This document shows positions 1 through 8,846 of a DNA stretch of 64,000 nt, one piece after another. Source of the stretch: a bacterium (GTDB lineage: Bacteria > Zhuqueibacterota > Zhuqueibacteria > Residuimicrobiales > Krinioviventaceae); NCBI GenBank assembly GCA_963674595.2, contig CAXXFV010000016.1, positions 32,001 to 96,000 of the forward strand. Reading direction: 5' to 3'. The notes beneath the pieces were generated by a model. The model did not search any database. It was not told the DNA's origin and saw only the letters and a list, made by a program, of their open reading frames with translations. Numbering within the stretch: position 1 is the stretch's first letter; each line of letters starts with the position of its first letter. Made by a program: the position numbers and the translations under genes.

Positions 1-1584
1 AAAACAATTGAGAATAATGATATTGATTTTCCGGTTGATGATGGCTTTCAGACTTTGTCTGTTGTAACACATCTTGAAATGGGAAACCAAAATAGTTTTC
101 AGGTCGGTCCAATTGCCGGCGAGGTGACAAAAGATTTTATCCCTTCAGCAATCAGTGACAACGGTGCATTGAATGCTGATGTTGTTTTTGCCGGTTATGG
201 TTTTGACATAAAGACGGATAATCTGGTTTGGAATGATTATGACAGTGTTATGGTAAAAGACAAATGGGTTATGCTGTTACTCGGAGACCCGGAACCGGAC
301 AGCCTTACCAGTGATTTTGCCGCTTATAGTGATATTCGTAAAAAATGCATGGTTGCCAAAGATCAAGGGGCTGGTGGTGTTATATTTACTGCCGGTAATG
401 AATATGATAAAAACGATGAATTGCCGGACTTGGCGATTCGGGATAGCCATATCAGCGCCGGGTTGCCGGTTGTTTATGTAAAGCGGGCGTTTGCCGATTC
501 TTTTTTAAAAACGATCACAATTGATTCTCTTGAAAAAAACTTGAATACCCATCGTAAATCCGCTAGTTTTGAAACAGGACTTTTGGCAAATATTTCCACA
601 GAGGTCCTGAGAATTAAAAGTCCCACACAAAATGTCGTCGCTGTTTTACAGGGATCAGACCCGGTATTGAAAGATAAATATATTATTATCGGCGCCCATT
701 ATGACCATTTGGGTTTTGGCGGCCCCGGATCAGGTTCCAGACGGCCGGATACCTCGGCTGTGCACAATGGCGCGGACGATAATGCTTCCGGTGTTTCCGC
801 AATTATGGAGATTTTTGAAAAACTAGATGCTCATCGGGAATCACTAAAACAGTCTGTTATTTTTGTTGCCTTTGCTGCCGAAGAAATGGGTGTTTTGGGT
901 TCTAAATATTTTGTTCAACATCCCCCTGTTGACTTGAAAAATGTCACATGTATGATAAATCTTGATATGGTTGGCCGTTTAAAGGAAGCCTTGAGCGTAA
1001 GCGGAACCGGAACTGCCGCAGGATTACAGGAAATTGTAGAGGGAATGGGTAAAAAGCATAACTTGAAATTGGCCTTGTCGCCTGAAGGATATGGACCCTC
1101 TGACCACTCGTCATTTTATGCGGCTGATATTCCGGTCCTTATGTTTTTTACAGGTGCTCATGAAGATTATCATACCCCTTTTGACGATGCTGATAAGATA
1201 GATTTTGATGGTATGAAAAAAGTATCGGATTTGGTTTATGATATTGTTTTGCAATTAGCGAATCGATCAGAGACCCTCGTTTTTCAGGAGGCCGGACCCA
1301 AATATCAAAAAACATCGCGAAGACGTTTCAAAGTAACATTGGGTATTATGCCGGACCATGCGGCTGAAGGTATTAAAGGCCTTCGTGTTGAAGCTGTTTT
1401 CCCAAACAGGCCCGGTTTTTTGGGAGGATTGCAAAAGGGTGATATTATTGTGGCGATGGATGGAAAATCAGTAGGAAACATTTATGATTATATGCATCGG
1501 CTTTCGGATTTTTCTGCCGGGCAGCGTATAACGGTTGAGGTGATGCGCAACGGGGAAAAACATTATTTAATTGTTGAACTATAA
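1..1584 (+). CDS. M28 family aminopeptidase with PA and C-terminal PDZ domains (5'-partial)
   Basis: Motifs GAHYDHLG, GADDNASG, AAEEMG, NLDMVG, SDH and DYH; C-terminal LGIMPD...G..V PDZ region. The frame is open back to base 1, so the true start lies upstream of the window. Confidence 0.9.
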   Translation, partial: KTIENNDIDFPVDDGFQTLSVVTHLEMGNQNSFQVGPIAGEVTKDFIPSAISDNGALNADVVFAGYGFDIKTDNLVWNDYDSVMVKDKWVMLLLGDPEPDSLTSDFAAYSDIRKKCMVAKDQGAGGVIFTAGNEYDKNDELPDLAIRDSHISAGLPVVYVKRAFADSFLKTITIDSLEKNLNTHRKSASFETGLLANISTEVLRIKSPTQNVVAVLQGSDPVLKDKYIIIGAHYDHLGFGGPGSGSRRPDTSAVHNGADDNASGVSAIMEIFEKLDAHRESLKQSVIFVAFAAEEMGVLGSKYFVQHPPVDLKNVTCMINLDMVGRLKEALSVSGTGTAAGLQEIVEGMGKKHNLKLALSPEGYGPSDHSSFYAADIPVLMFFTGAHEDYHTPFDDADKIDFDGMKKVSDLVYDIVLQLANRSETLVFQEAGPKYQKTSRRRFKVTLGIMPDHAAEGIKGLRVEAVFPNRPGFLGGLQKGDIIVAMDGKSVGNIYDYMHRLSDFSAGQRITVEVMRNGEKHYLIVEL

Positions 1585-1607
1585 AAAAAAGCCGGAAAAT
1601 CCGGCTT
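1583..1607 (-). terminator. Rho-independent terminator of the cytochrome operon, between convergent genes
   Basis: AAGCCGG-AAAAT-CCGGCTT inverted repeat preceded on + by an A8 tract (U-tract on -). Confidence 0.75.
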
Positions 1608-2307
1608 AAAAAATATTCCAAATATACGATTTTGCAGGGTCTGTATGACATTCGGTCGTACAGGTCGCATTATCGTGGTCCCAACTTAAAGCTGCATTAA
1701 CTTCAGCATTTGGTGATGAATCGATGTGACCTGCATCTGAAAAATATGTTGGTGTTGAATGGCAGGTTTCACAGTTGATTGTGGTAAGGGCTAAATGGAG
1801 CTGATGTGCCCCAACACCGATGGCGGTCGTTAGAATATTGTTGTTCGTGTCTTCCGGGGGTGCTATGCTTGTGCTGCTGCCGTGACATGTATTACAACTT
1901 TCGGGGCCGCCTGATTTATGGCAGGTATAACAGGATGTAATCGTTCCGGCGCCTTTATAATCTGTTCCATGACAACTCTGACAGTTTTCCATGGACCAGT
2001 TGTGTTGGCGAATATAGTTGCCATGAAAATCCTCGGATGTTTGAACAATCCATTCTTCAACATGGGGAAATGTTACATGGCATGTTATACAGGCGGTTTT
2101 TGCTTCACCTCCGGAAAGGTCTGCTCCGTGACAGCTTGTACAGGAAGAGTAACCCACCGTGGCCACTTTTTTCCCATGAAAATTTTCTGAGGTTTGCTGC
2201 ATCCAGCTTTCCGGGTGTGTTTTAGAGGGAAGCGGATTTTTGTCGTCTGAACATGCAAAAAACAATGTTGAAATAAAGATGCTTGTTATGAACAAATATT
2301 TAAACAT
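1606..2307 (-). CDS. Multiheme c-type cytochrome lipoprotein (6 CxxCH + 1 CxxxCH)
   Basis: Probable start ATG 2307 (MFKYLFITSIFISTLFFA-C lipobox). Motifs CTSCH, CITCH, CQSCH, CYTCH, CNTCH, CETCH, CTTECH. Confidence 0.88.
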   Translation of the reverse strand: MFKYLFITSIFISTLFFACSDDKNPLPSKTHPESWMQQTSENFHGKKVATVGYSSCTSCHGADLSGGEAKTACITCHVTFPHVEEWIVQTSEDFHGNYIRQHNWSMENCQSCHGTDYKGAGTITSCYTCHKSGGPESCNTCHGSSTSIAPPEDTNNNILTTAIGVGAHQLHLALTTINCETCHSTPTYFSDAGHIDSSPNAEVNAALSWDHDNATCTTECHTDPAKSYIWNIF

Positions 2308-2344
2308 GGTAAACGCCTTTCGGAGTTGACGCCATTTGTTTTGT

Positions 2345-3229
2345 TTAATTAGCTTGGTGACACTGAACGCAAACAAGATCGCCAAAAGATTCGTTATGAC
2401 AACTCATACATTGATCAAGGTCCTGATGGGCCGCTCTTTTATGACCTCCACCCGTGGTTTTATTGGACCAACCGGCGCTGGCATGTGTGCGAGGCATAAC
2501 CATTTGTTCCTGGTGGCAGGTTACACAAAAGGCCAATTCTTCGTGACATGTATAACAATTTTCCTTGTTTCCTTTTGCCTGAATTGCGTGATTGTTGACA
2601 AAGTTAAGAGGATGAACCTTATGGTCCAGATTGTCACCCGTGTGACAGGTCAGGCATTGATTTTCCGTATGACAAACTTTACATTCGTCTTCTGAAGTTT
2701 GGCTGATAATGCCATGGGCCGTTTGCCAGGCAAGATTATGGTCTTTGGGTTTCAGGTTTTCATCTTTTGAATGGCAAGATAGGCAATAATCCACCTGGTC
2801 CATATCATTATGACAGGTAACACAGGTTGCCATTGGCGGTAAATGTTTATCAAAAATATTATTGCTTTGTTCAATATCCTGGTGACATTGTGAACAGGGG
2901 ATCTCTTTTTCGATATGAGCAGCATGTGGGAAAAAGGCAATATAATCGGTTATTCGCGGATAAACAACGGCATTATCCGGGTTTTTATGACATAAACTGC
3001 ATTCGGCATCCTGATCGTGACAGGCATAGCATGTTTCCATTTCCGGCAACAGATTGTCCGTTGGTTTCAGACTGCTGTCTGCTCCCGCATGACAGTCGGA
3101 ACAGGCCGCTCCTACAGATTCAGCATGAAGTTTGTGCGAAAAGATCAGTTCAACCTGTTGCTGCGCATACATTGTTGAAACACCTGTTAAAAGGAACAGT
3201 AGAAATATAGTTAGAGTTTTTAAATTCAT
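2345..3229 (-). CDS. Periplasmic dodecaheme c-type cytochrome (c3/c7-like repeats)
   Basis: Signal peptide (MYA-QQ), 12 CxxCH motifs, and FSH..H / F.H..H distal-His motifs. Confidence 0.9.
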   Translation of the reverse strand: MNLKTLTIFLLFLLTGVSTMYAQQQVELIFSHKLHAESVGAACSDCHAGADSSLKPTDNLLPEMETCYACHDQDAECSLCHKNPDNAVVYPRITDYIAFFPHAAHIEKEIPCSQCHQDIEQSNNIFDKHLPPMATCVTCHNDMDQVDYCLSCHSKDENLKPKDHNLAWQTAHGIISQTSEDECKVCHTENQCLTCHTGDNLDHKVHPLNFVNNHAIQAKGNKENCYTCHEELAFCVTCHQEQMVMPRTHASAGWSNKTTGGGHKRAAHQDLDQCMSCHNESFGDLVCVQCHQAN

Positions 3230-3246
3230 TTTTTTGTCCCTCTGTA

Positions 3247-4431
3247 TTACCAGCTAAAGGAAATATGATTCAGAAAACGGGAATCATTATCTTTAAAACG
3301 GTTACTCAACCATTGATATTCAATATCTATCATAAAATGTCGATTCGGGTGCCAGGACAGACGTGCTGCATTTGCCAGCAGGTTGTCGTACTCGTAAATT
3401 TCTTCTGTGCGGTATTTTGAATAATCCAGATTTATTGAGGCAATCAGATCATTCATAACTTCCTGAGAATAATCGAGTACAACGCCTGTTTGGTCTCCGG
3501 CATATCCTGATTCATACAGAAAACCGACACTTGCGTTCATGTGACTGAATGTAAAATATAGTTTGTTGGCATTACCGTCATCAAACTGTACATATTTATA
3601 ATCTGCATTAATAAAAAAGTCTGAAATAAATTCCCAATCGGCGCCGGTGTGATATTGGGTATAAGCTTCCGGGGAAAAAATGGAGTAAAATGAATCGGCA
3701 TATATTTGGGGAAATTGGCTTTTGAAACCGGCACGGAGGGCAATTTGGGGATTTACCGTATACCGGGCATAAGCCAACATTCTGTGTAATTGTTCGTTTT
3801 CAATATCATAATGCGCCTGAATGCGAACCTGAGTACGAGGTAAAAGAGAGTTACTCAGATTTATACCTGCCAGGTGCCAGAAAATTTCATTTTTATTTGC
3901 TTTTTGCAGGTAAAAGGGTTGAATTGTGGTAGAATAAATATTTTTTAAATTTATTAAACCACCAATAATTTGACTGTCGTCGGTCTCATAAACTTTAAAA
4001 GAACGCTGGAAATGGGTTTCAACGCCGCCATATATATGAACGGAGAGGTTTTTAAGTATCCTGCTTTTTAAATAGATACCATCAAGACCGCCTAATACGG
4101 TCCCGGGGTGGCGGAATTGTCTTCCGATGGTTAAATCAATTCTGTTTAATAAATTTTTGACCTCAAGGTTTAGAACATAGGCTTTAAAACGCTCTTCACT
4201 GTTCAGCGACTCCTGAGTATCGGTCAGCCCTCGAAGAGAAGAATTGATTATAATTCGATTGTTCCACGTGCGCAAACTCATTCGGGCGTATTGATAAATC
4301 CGAGTGGTTGATTCGATGTCTTTATAACTGTATATCGAATTTTTTACACTGCCGTGAAAAATTAAATTTGTTGCTTTAACGTTGGTAACAACAAAAAGTG
4401 AAACGAGCAATAAAACAAGAATCTTTTTCAT
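3247..4431 (-). CDS. Outer-membrane beta-barrel, putative porin of a porin-cytochrome complex
   Basis: Signal peptide, alternating aromatic/hydrophobic strands, GRQ motif, C-terminal HISFSW; lies directly upstream of two multiheme cytochromes. Confidence 0.75.
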   Translation of the reverse strand: MKKILVLLLVSLFVVTNVKATNLIFHGSVKNSIYSYKDIESTTRIYQYARMSLRTWNNRIIINSSLRGLTDTQESLNSEERFKAYVLNLEVKNLLNRIDLTIGRQFRHPGTVLGGLDGIYLKSRILKNLSVHIYGGVETHFQRSFKVYETDDSQIIGGLINLKNIYSTTIQPFYLQKANKNEIFWHLAGINLSNSLLPRTQVRIQAHYDIENEQLHRMLAYARYTVNPQIALRAGFKSQFPQIYADSFYSIFSPEAYTQYHTGADWEFISDFFINADYKYVQFDDGNANKLYFTFSHMNASVGFLYESGYAGDQTGVVLDYSQEVMNDLIASINLDYSKYRTEEIYEYDNLLANAARLSWHPNRHFMIDIEYQWLSNRFKDNDSRFLNHISFSW

Positions 4432-4470
4432 AATAATTCCCGCGATTTTTTATGTGAACCGCGCTTAAAT

Positions 4471-4496
4471 AGGCAGCCATCTATTGATGACTGCCT
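4471..4496 (-). terminator. Intra-operon hairpin (weak terminator or mRNA stabiliser)
   Basis: Minus strand AGGCAGTCATC-AATA-GATGGCTGCCT: 11-bp stem with one G-U pair, followed only by ATTT. Confidence 0.55.
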
Positions 4497-4509
4497 GAAA
4501 AGAGTTTAA

Positions 4510-5514
4510 TTATTTTATAATAATATCCGAATAATCTGCTGCAGGAGGTGTATATTTTGATTTTGTCAAGCTGTTATAGGCAAATCCGTTAACACCATAA
4601 AGTAAACTTTTTGCGTCATAGCCGAGTATTTGCAGATAAGCAGCTATCTGTGCCGATGTTTGACCTGTATAGCAATAGATAACAATGGTTTTATCCGTTG
4701 GTAAATATTTCAGCATGGCATCTTTTTTTAGAGATGTTTTGGGTTCATAACAAAAAGCACCTTCAATATGTCCGGGATTCAGGTACTCGGCTTTTGGCCA
4801 ATAGTTGATAATAAAATAATTGCCGGGATTTGCGAAAACAGTGGCAGCACTGATATTTCCCCATCCGCTGGTTGCCAGAATATCTTTTACCCGTTCTTTA
4901 ATTATGTCTTCGGCTGACGTTTTGCCTGTTGACAAGGTCGGATAAGTTTGTTCAGTGGTCGGTGTTAAATCTGTAGTTTTTAACTGGGAAGCAAATTCAT
5001 CACCGGCAATTTGGTTTATCCACTTGTCTGTGCCGTTAATGCTGTTATCTGCAACAACAGAGCACATGGCAAATAACAGGTTTTGTGCATCATAACCCAG
5101 CATGTTTAAAACGGCTGTTGCCCAGCTTGCTGTTTGCCCGGTATAACAGATATTCAAAATGGTTTTGGTTTTGGGAATTGTACCATCGTTAATTTTGGTA
5201 ACAAGATCGCCGATTGCCATATTAACAGCACCGATAATATGTCCGGATGTATAATCAGCGGCTGATCTGTAATCAATGATATATGGATCATTGCTAGTGT
5301 CACCATCGGTTAAGAGGGTTTTAACATCTGCAATTGAAATGTTTACAGATTTTCCGCTTGTGGAAGTATAACTGCTAAAATATTGATTGCCGACGGATTC
5401 AACGAGATTAAACTCAACTATTTGTTCTTGTGTTTCAGCCGGGTTGTCATCGTCGCTGCAAGCTGTAATAATAATAAAAAGTCCGAGGAAGAGAATTAGA
5501 AACCGTTTTAACAT
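4510..5514 (-). CDS. Tandem rhodanese-domain (sulfurtransferase) lipoprotein
   Basis: Lipobox IITA-C; IIDYR..DY..GHI.GA and EY...GHIEGA motifs; two active-site loops ICYTGQTA and YCYTGQTS. Confidence 0.88.
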   Translation of the reverse strand: MLKRFLILFLGLFIIITACSDDDNPAETQEQIVEFNLVESVGNQYFSSYTSTSGKSVNISIADVKTLLTDGDTSNDPYIIDYRSAADYTSGHIIGAVNMAIGDLVTKINDGTIPKTKTILNICYTGQTASWATAVLNMLGYDAQNLLFAMCSVVADNSINGTDKWINQIAGDEFASQLKTTDLTPTTEQTYPTLSTGKTSAEDIIKERVKDILATSGWGNISAATVFANPGNYFIINYWPKAEYLNPGHIEGAFCYEPKTSLKKDAMLKYLPTDKTIVIYCYTGQTSAQIAAYLQILGYDAKSLLYGVNGFAYNSLTKSKYTPPAADYSDIIIK

Positions 5515-5554
5515 GTTTGATCTCCTTACAAAAAAGGTTAATATATTTATTCAA

Positions 5555-6847
5555 TTAGTTTTTCGTTAATACGATTTGTTTATTAGCGTCGATTTCATTG
5601 GGATCAAGATCGTCGCTAGTTAAATAATAATCTGAATTATGACATTTGGAACCACATGATCCGGCATCATTGCGTGTGTCTGTTTGCGGCGTCCATCGTT
5701 GAATATTATGTGGCGTAGCATATTTCCATGTTGTTTCGGAAGAATAGTTGGGTAAATCTGCGATACCCCAACTGGCATAGGTGTCGCGTGAAATCGGTAT
5801 ATGACGAACGGTTACGATTTTATAGTTACGATCTGCTGACCGGATCGGATTTCGGGCGATTTTAAAATCCATATAAGAACTTCCGGTAATACCTTGCCCG
5901 CCGGTGTGGCAGGAGTTACAATTTTTGTATGATTGTGAATGGCAAACCTGACAGGAAAGTTCGCCCCAATGCATATTATGATAATTGTTTGCGTTTTCTT
6001 TGTCCTGATGACAGTCTTCACACCGGACCATGTCCTGATCTTCGTATCTGTGTTCCGCCGCTACAGAGCTGCTGTGCATTGCATCTTCTGAATGGCAAAA
6101 TGTGCAGCGTTTAACATTCGGAATCCAATGGACATCAGGGTTAATGCCTGCATTTTCGCCAAAATATTCTGCTCCGACACGGCTGCCGTGACATGCAGTA
6201 CAGTTATTCCGCATATCAGGTTCTTTTTGAAAAGTGTGTCCGTTTAAAAAACCACCATCCACGGAAACCGGACGTGAAACATGACATTGTCCGCAGGAGG
6301 CATGGCACTTTCCACATTCCGCATCAAATTTGTCAACAAGGTCCGGATTTGTTGAAATATCATATCCCAGTCGTTTTTCAATTCTTTTGTAATACCCTTT
6401 GACGTTGTAATGTAAACTGTTTTGGTGTTTGGTCGTAACATCCGCGTGGCAACCTGCACAAAATTGTTCTGACGACGAACTTGGATAGGCGACAAGTCCT
6501 TTATGTGCAACATCTTTAGTTTCTGCTTTTGAATCACCTAAATGACAGGCTGTACAGCCCATTTCCCCATGTGTTGTGCTGAAAAAAGTTTGGTTTACAA
6601 GAACCATTTGCCAGGCCTCTAACTGAGACACGGATCCGCCTCAGCCTTCGCCTGCATCGCCCTCAACATCCGGGAGTGGATCTGCAACCTCTTTTAATAA
6701 AGCAGAATTTGTATGACAACCTATACAACCGTCACTACTTGCCATTTGAACCGTTTTTTGTTCAGCGGGGTATTTTTTTGTACATTGAATAGCCGCCAAG
6801 CAAATCAGCAAAGCAGTGAAAAGATAAGCTAAAAAACGATTTTGCAC
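5555..6847 (-). CDS. Putative selenocysteine-containing multiheme cytochrome c lipoprotein (430 aa; 10 CxxCH + 1 CxxxCH; Sec at codon 69)
   Basis: ORFs 6641-6847 and 5555-6631 share a frame and are separated by one TGA (6643-6641) plus GGC GGA TCC, giving GEG-U-GGS-V. Only the upstream part has a signal/lipobox and RBS (GGAG, GTG start). A SECIS-like hairpin follows the TGA. Confidence 0.8.
6611..6643 (-). promoter_or_regulatory. In-frame UGA plus bacterial SECIS-like stem-loop
   Basis: UGA GGCGGAU CCG U GUCUC AGUUA GAGGC C UGG: 5-bp upper stem, 5-nt loop with G at position 2 followed by U, U/C mismatch, 3-bp lower stem. The loop starts 16 nt after the UGA. Confidence 0.7.
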
Positions 6848-6884
6848 GCTATACTCCAGATTATGGTTGATTTAGATTTGAAGC

Positions 6885-7352
6885 TTAATTTAGTGCCATG
6901 TTTCGGCTTTTAGTGTTTTCCTGAATGTATGTTTTGATTAATTGAATGATTGTTTGTGTAACAATATTGTCCGGTTCTATCTGTAAGGCATTTTCAAAAT
7001 ATATCAGAGATTTTTTAATGTCACAAAACAACCATAGCATTCCCATCATGTTGTGAAAATCCAGAGAATTTTTATTTTCATTGGGTCTTTTTTCTGCATT
7101 ATATACGAGCTCCGCACAAGGGCAGTCATCGTCAACAGCATTGGTGTTGATGATAAAAGAAATATCTTCTTTAATAAGAGGAACAAACAGTTCCAGAGCT
7201 TGGTCGATTTGAAATGTTTGTGTATAACTGACAACAAGCTTGCGACGAACTTGTTTATTTTTGGGATCATGTTGCAGTATTTCTTCAAGCTCTTTAACGG
7301 CGCCGGTATAGTTACGCGATAAAAAGTATTGGTTTCCAAGCATTTCAGACAT
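6885..7352 (-). CDS. Tetratricopeptide repeat protein with DDDCPC motif
   Basis: TPR-like helices (LGNQYF...GAVKELEEILQHDPKN; MGMLW...FENALQIEPDN); no signal peptide. Confidence 0.75.
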   Translation of the reverse strand: MSEMLGNQYFLSRNYTGAVKELEEILQHDPKNKQVRRKLVVSYTQTFQIDQALELFVPLIKEDISFIINTNAVDDDCPCAELVYNAEKRPNENKNSLDFHNMMGMLWLFCDIKKSLIYFENALQIEPDNIVTQTIIQLIKTYIQENTKSRNMALN

Positions 7353-7379
7353 GTATACTTCCTAATTTTGTTAAGAGTA

Positions 7380-7395
7380 TACAAATACCCTGCCA
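7380..7395 (-). promoter_or_regulatory. sigma54 (-24/-12) promoter, GT variant at -12
   Basis: TGGCAGGGTATTTGTA = GG-N10-GT, about 28 nt upstream of the TPR start and just downstream of a sigma54 activator gene. Confidence 0.6.
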
Positions 7396-7432
7396 TGCTG
7401 TAAGTTCAATAAATTCAATGGTGTTGTGAATG

Positions 7433-7513
7433 GTATTTTGAAACATTTCGTTTCAAAATATTTATAACTGCTTGTTAAATATTAATATATGTATTTTGAA
7501 ACAATATGTTTCC
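7433..7513. promoter_or_regulatory. Tandem palindromic upstream activator sites (TGAAAC-N5-GTTTCA)
   Basis: TATTTTGAAAC-ATTTC-GTTTCAAAATA (7434-7460) and TGAAACAATATGTTTCC (7497-7513). GTATTTTGAAACA is repeated at 7433 and 7491. Confidence 0.55.
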
Positions 7514-7526
7514 TGAAACATCCTCG

Positions 7527-8846
7527 TTAAACAAGACCGTGTGTTTTCATACGACGCCAAAGCGTTGTTCTGCCGATTCCCAGTTCAGCGGCTGCTTTGC
7601 CTCGGTTCCAGTGGTGCTTTTCCAGCGTTTTGGCAATTTCATTATCCTGCTTTTTGATGTTCCTGGGTGTTACAGGCTTGATATTATCAAAACTAATACG
7701 AATATGAGCGGGGAGTTTTGTTTTTTCTATAACATCGTTATTTTTTGTTCTGGCAAAGGCATATTCGATGGTATTTTCCAATTCGCGAACATTTCCCGGC
7801 CAGTTGTAACGTAATAATATATCCATTGAATCGTCATCAATTTCATGAATATTCTTGTTATAAAGAAGTGAAAATTTATGGATAAAATGTTTGACCAAAT
7901 AGGGTATATCATCCAACCGTTCTCGCAATGGAGGAACATGAATGGGTATTACATTAAGTCGATAATAAAGGTCTTGGCGGAATTGACCGGATTCAAGCGC
8001 TTGTTCCAGGTTTTTATTGGTTGCGGCTATCACCCGAACATCGACATTGCGCGTCGTCGATTCTCCGATGCGCTCAAATGTACCTTCCTGCAAAATTCGA
8101 AGTAACTGCAACTGGGTTTGCTGCGGCATTTCTGCAACTTCATCCAGAAAAATTGTTCCTTTGTCTGCCAGCTCAAAGCGACCGACCCTGTCTTTAATTG
8201 ACCCTGTAAACGCTCCTTTTACATGGCCGAAAAGTTCACTGGCGAGTAACTGGTCCGGGAAAATAGAACAGTTTACTTTGATATACTTTTCATTTTTGCG
8301 ATAGGATGTCGTCTGAATAGCATTGGCAATCATCTCTTTTCCTGTCCCGGATTCACCCTGAATCAGAACAGCCGCGTCTGCATCGGCAATTTCATCAATC
8401 AATTCAAAAATTTCTATCATGGATTTATGATAACCGACAATACCATGATATTGTGTCTCTTTAATTAATTTCTTTTTGATGACCTCTACTTCCGAAATAT
8501 CCCGGAAAGAGATGATTCCGCCATAGGGTTCGTTATCACTATTATACAGAACCGACGAATTCATCTTGACATATATTATTTCGCCTTTTTCATTAACAAG
8601 CTTTGATTCGATGTCATATTTAGTTTGTCCCGATTCCAATACATGGGCTATTGGGCATTTGCCGGAACAAAGTCCGGTTTTACAAACATATTTACATATT
8701 TTACCAATAACGTTTTCGCGGTTTATCCCCAGTATGTCTTCTGCAGCACGGTTGATAAATGTAATTTTAAAATTTTTATCAACTGTAAAAACGCCTTCTC
8801 CGATTGAATCCAAAATGTCTCTTGTTTGTGGTTGTCGAATTGGCAA
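7527..8846 (-). CDS. PAS-domain sigma54-dependent transcriptional activator (PAS-AAA+-Fis HTH)
   Basis: N-terminal PAS (FINRAAEDILG), Walker A GESGTGKE, GAFTGS, FLDEV, WPGNVRELEN and HTH AAAELGIGRTTLWRR. Confidence 0.93.
   Translation of the reverse strand: MPIRQPQTRDILDSIGEGVFTVDKNFKITFINRAAEDILGINRENVIGKICKYVCKTGLCSGKCPIAHVLESGQTKYDIESKLVNEKGEIIYVKMNSSVLYNSDNEPYGGIISFRDISEVEVIKKKLIKETQYHGIVGYHKSMIEIFELIDEIADADAAVLIQGESGTGKEMIANAIQTTSYRKNEKYIKVNCSIFPDQLLASELFGHVKGAFTGSIKDRVGRFELADKGTIFLDEVAEMPQQTQLQLLRILQEGTFERIGESTTRNVDVRVIAATNKNLEQALESGQFRQDLYYRLNVIPIHVPPLRERLDDIPYLVKHFIHKFSLLYNKNIHEIDDDSMDILLRYNWPGNVRELENTIEYAFARTKNNDVIEKTKLPAHIRISFDNIKPVTPRNIKKQDNEIAKTLEKHHWNRGKAAAELGIGRTTLWRRMKTHGLV

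Noticed and set aside
5555-6631. Stand-alone cytoplasmic decaheme cytochrome starting at GTG 6631
   Set aside because: It has no signal peptide despite many heme motifs. It is better explained as the C-terminal part of a UGA read-through protein, though not fully excluded.
6641-6643. Genome-wide UGA reassignment to Trp/Gly, or a nonsense pseudogene
   Set aside because: TGA ends several genes in the window (e.g. 11363, 15344, 29207, 35846, 37864) and RF2 is present. The SECIS-like hairpin and intact flanks argue against simple decay.
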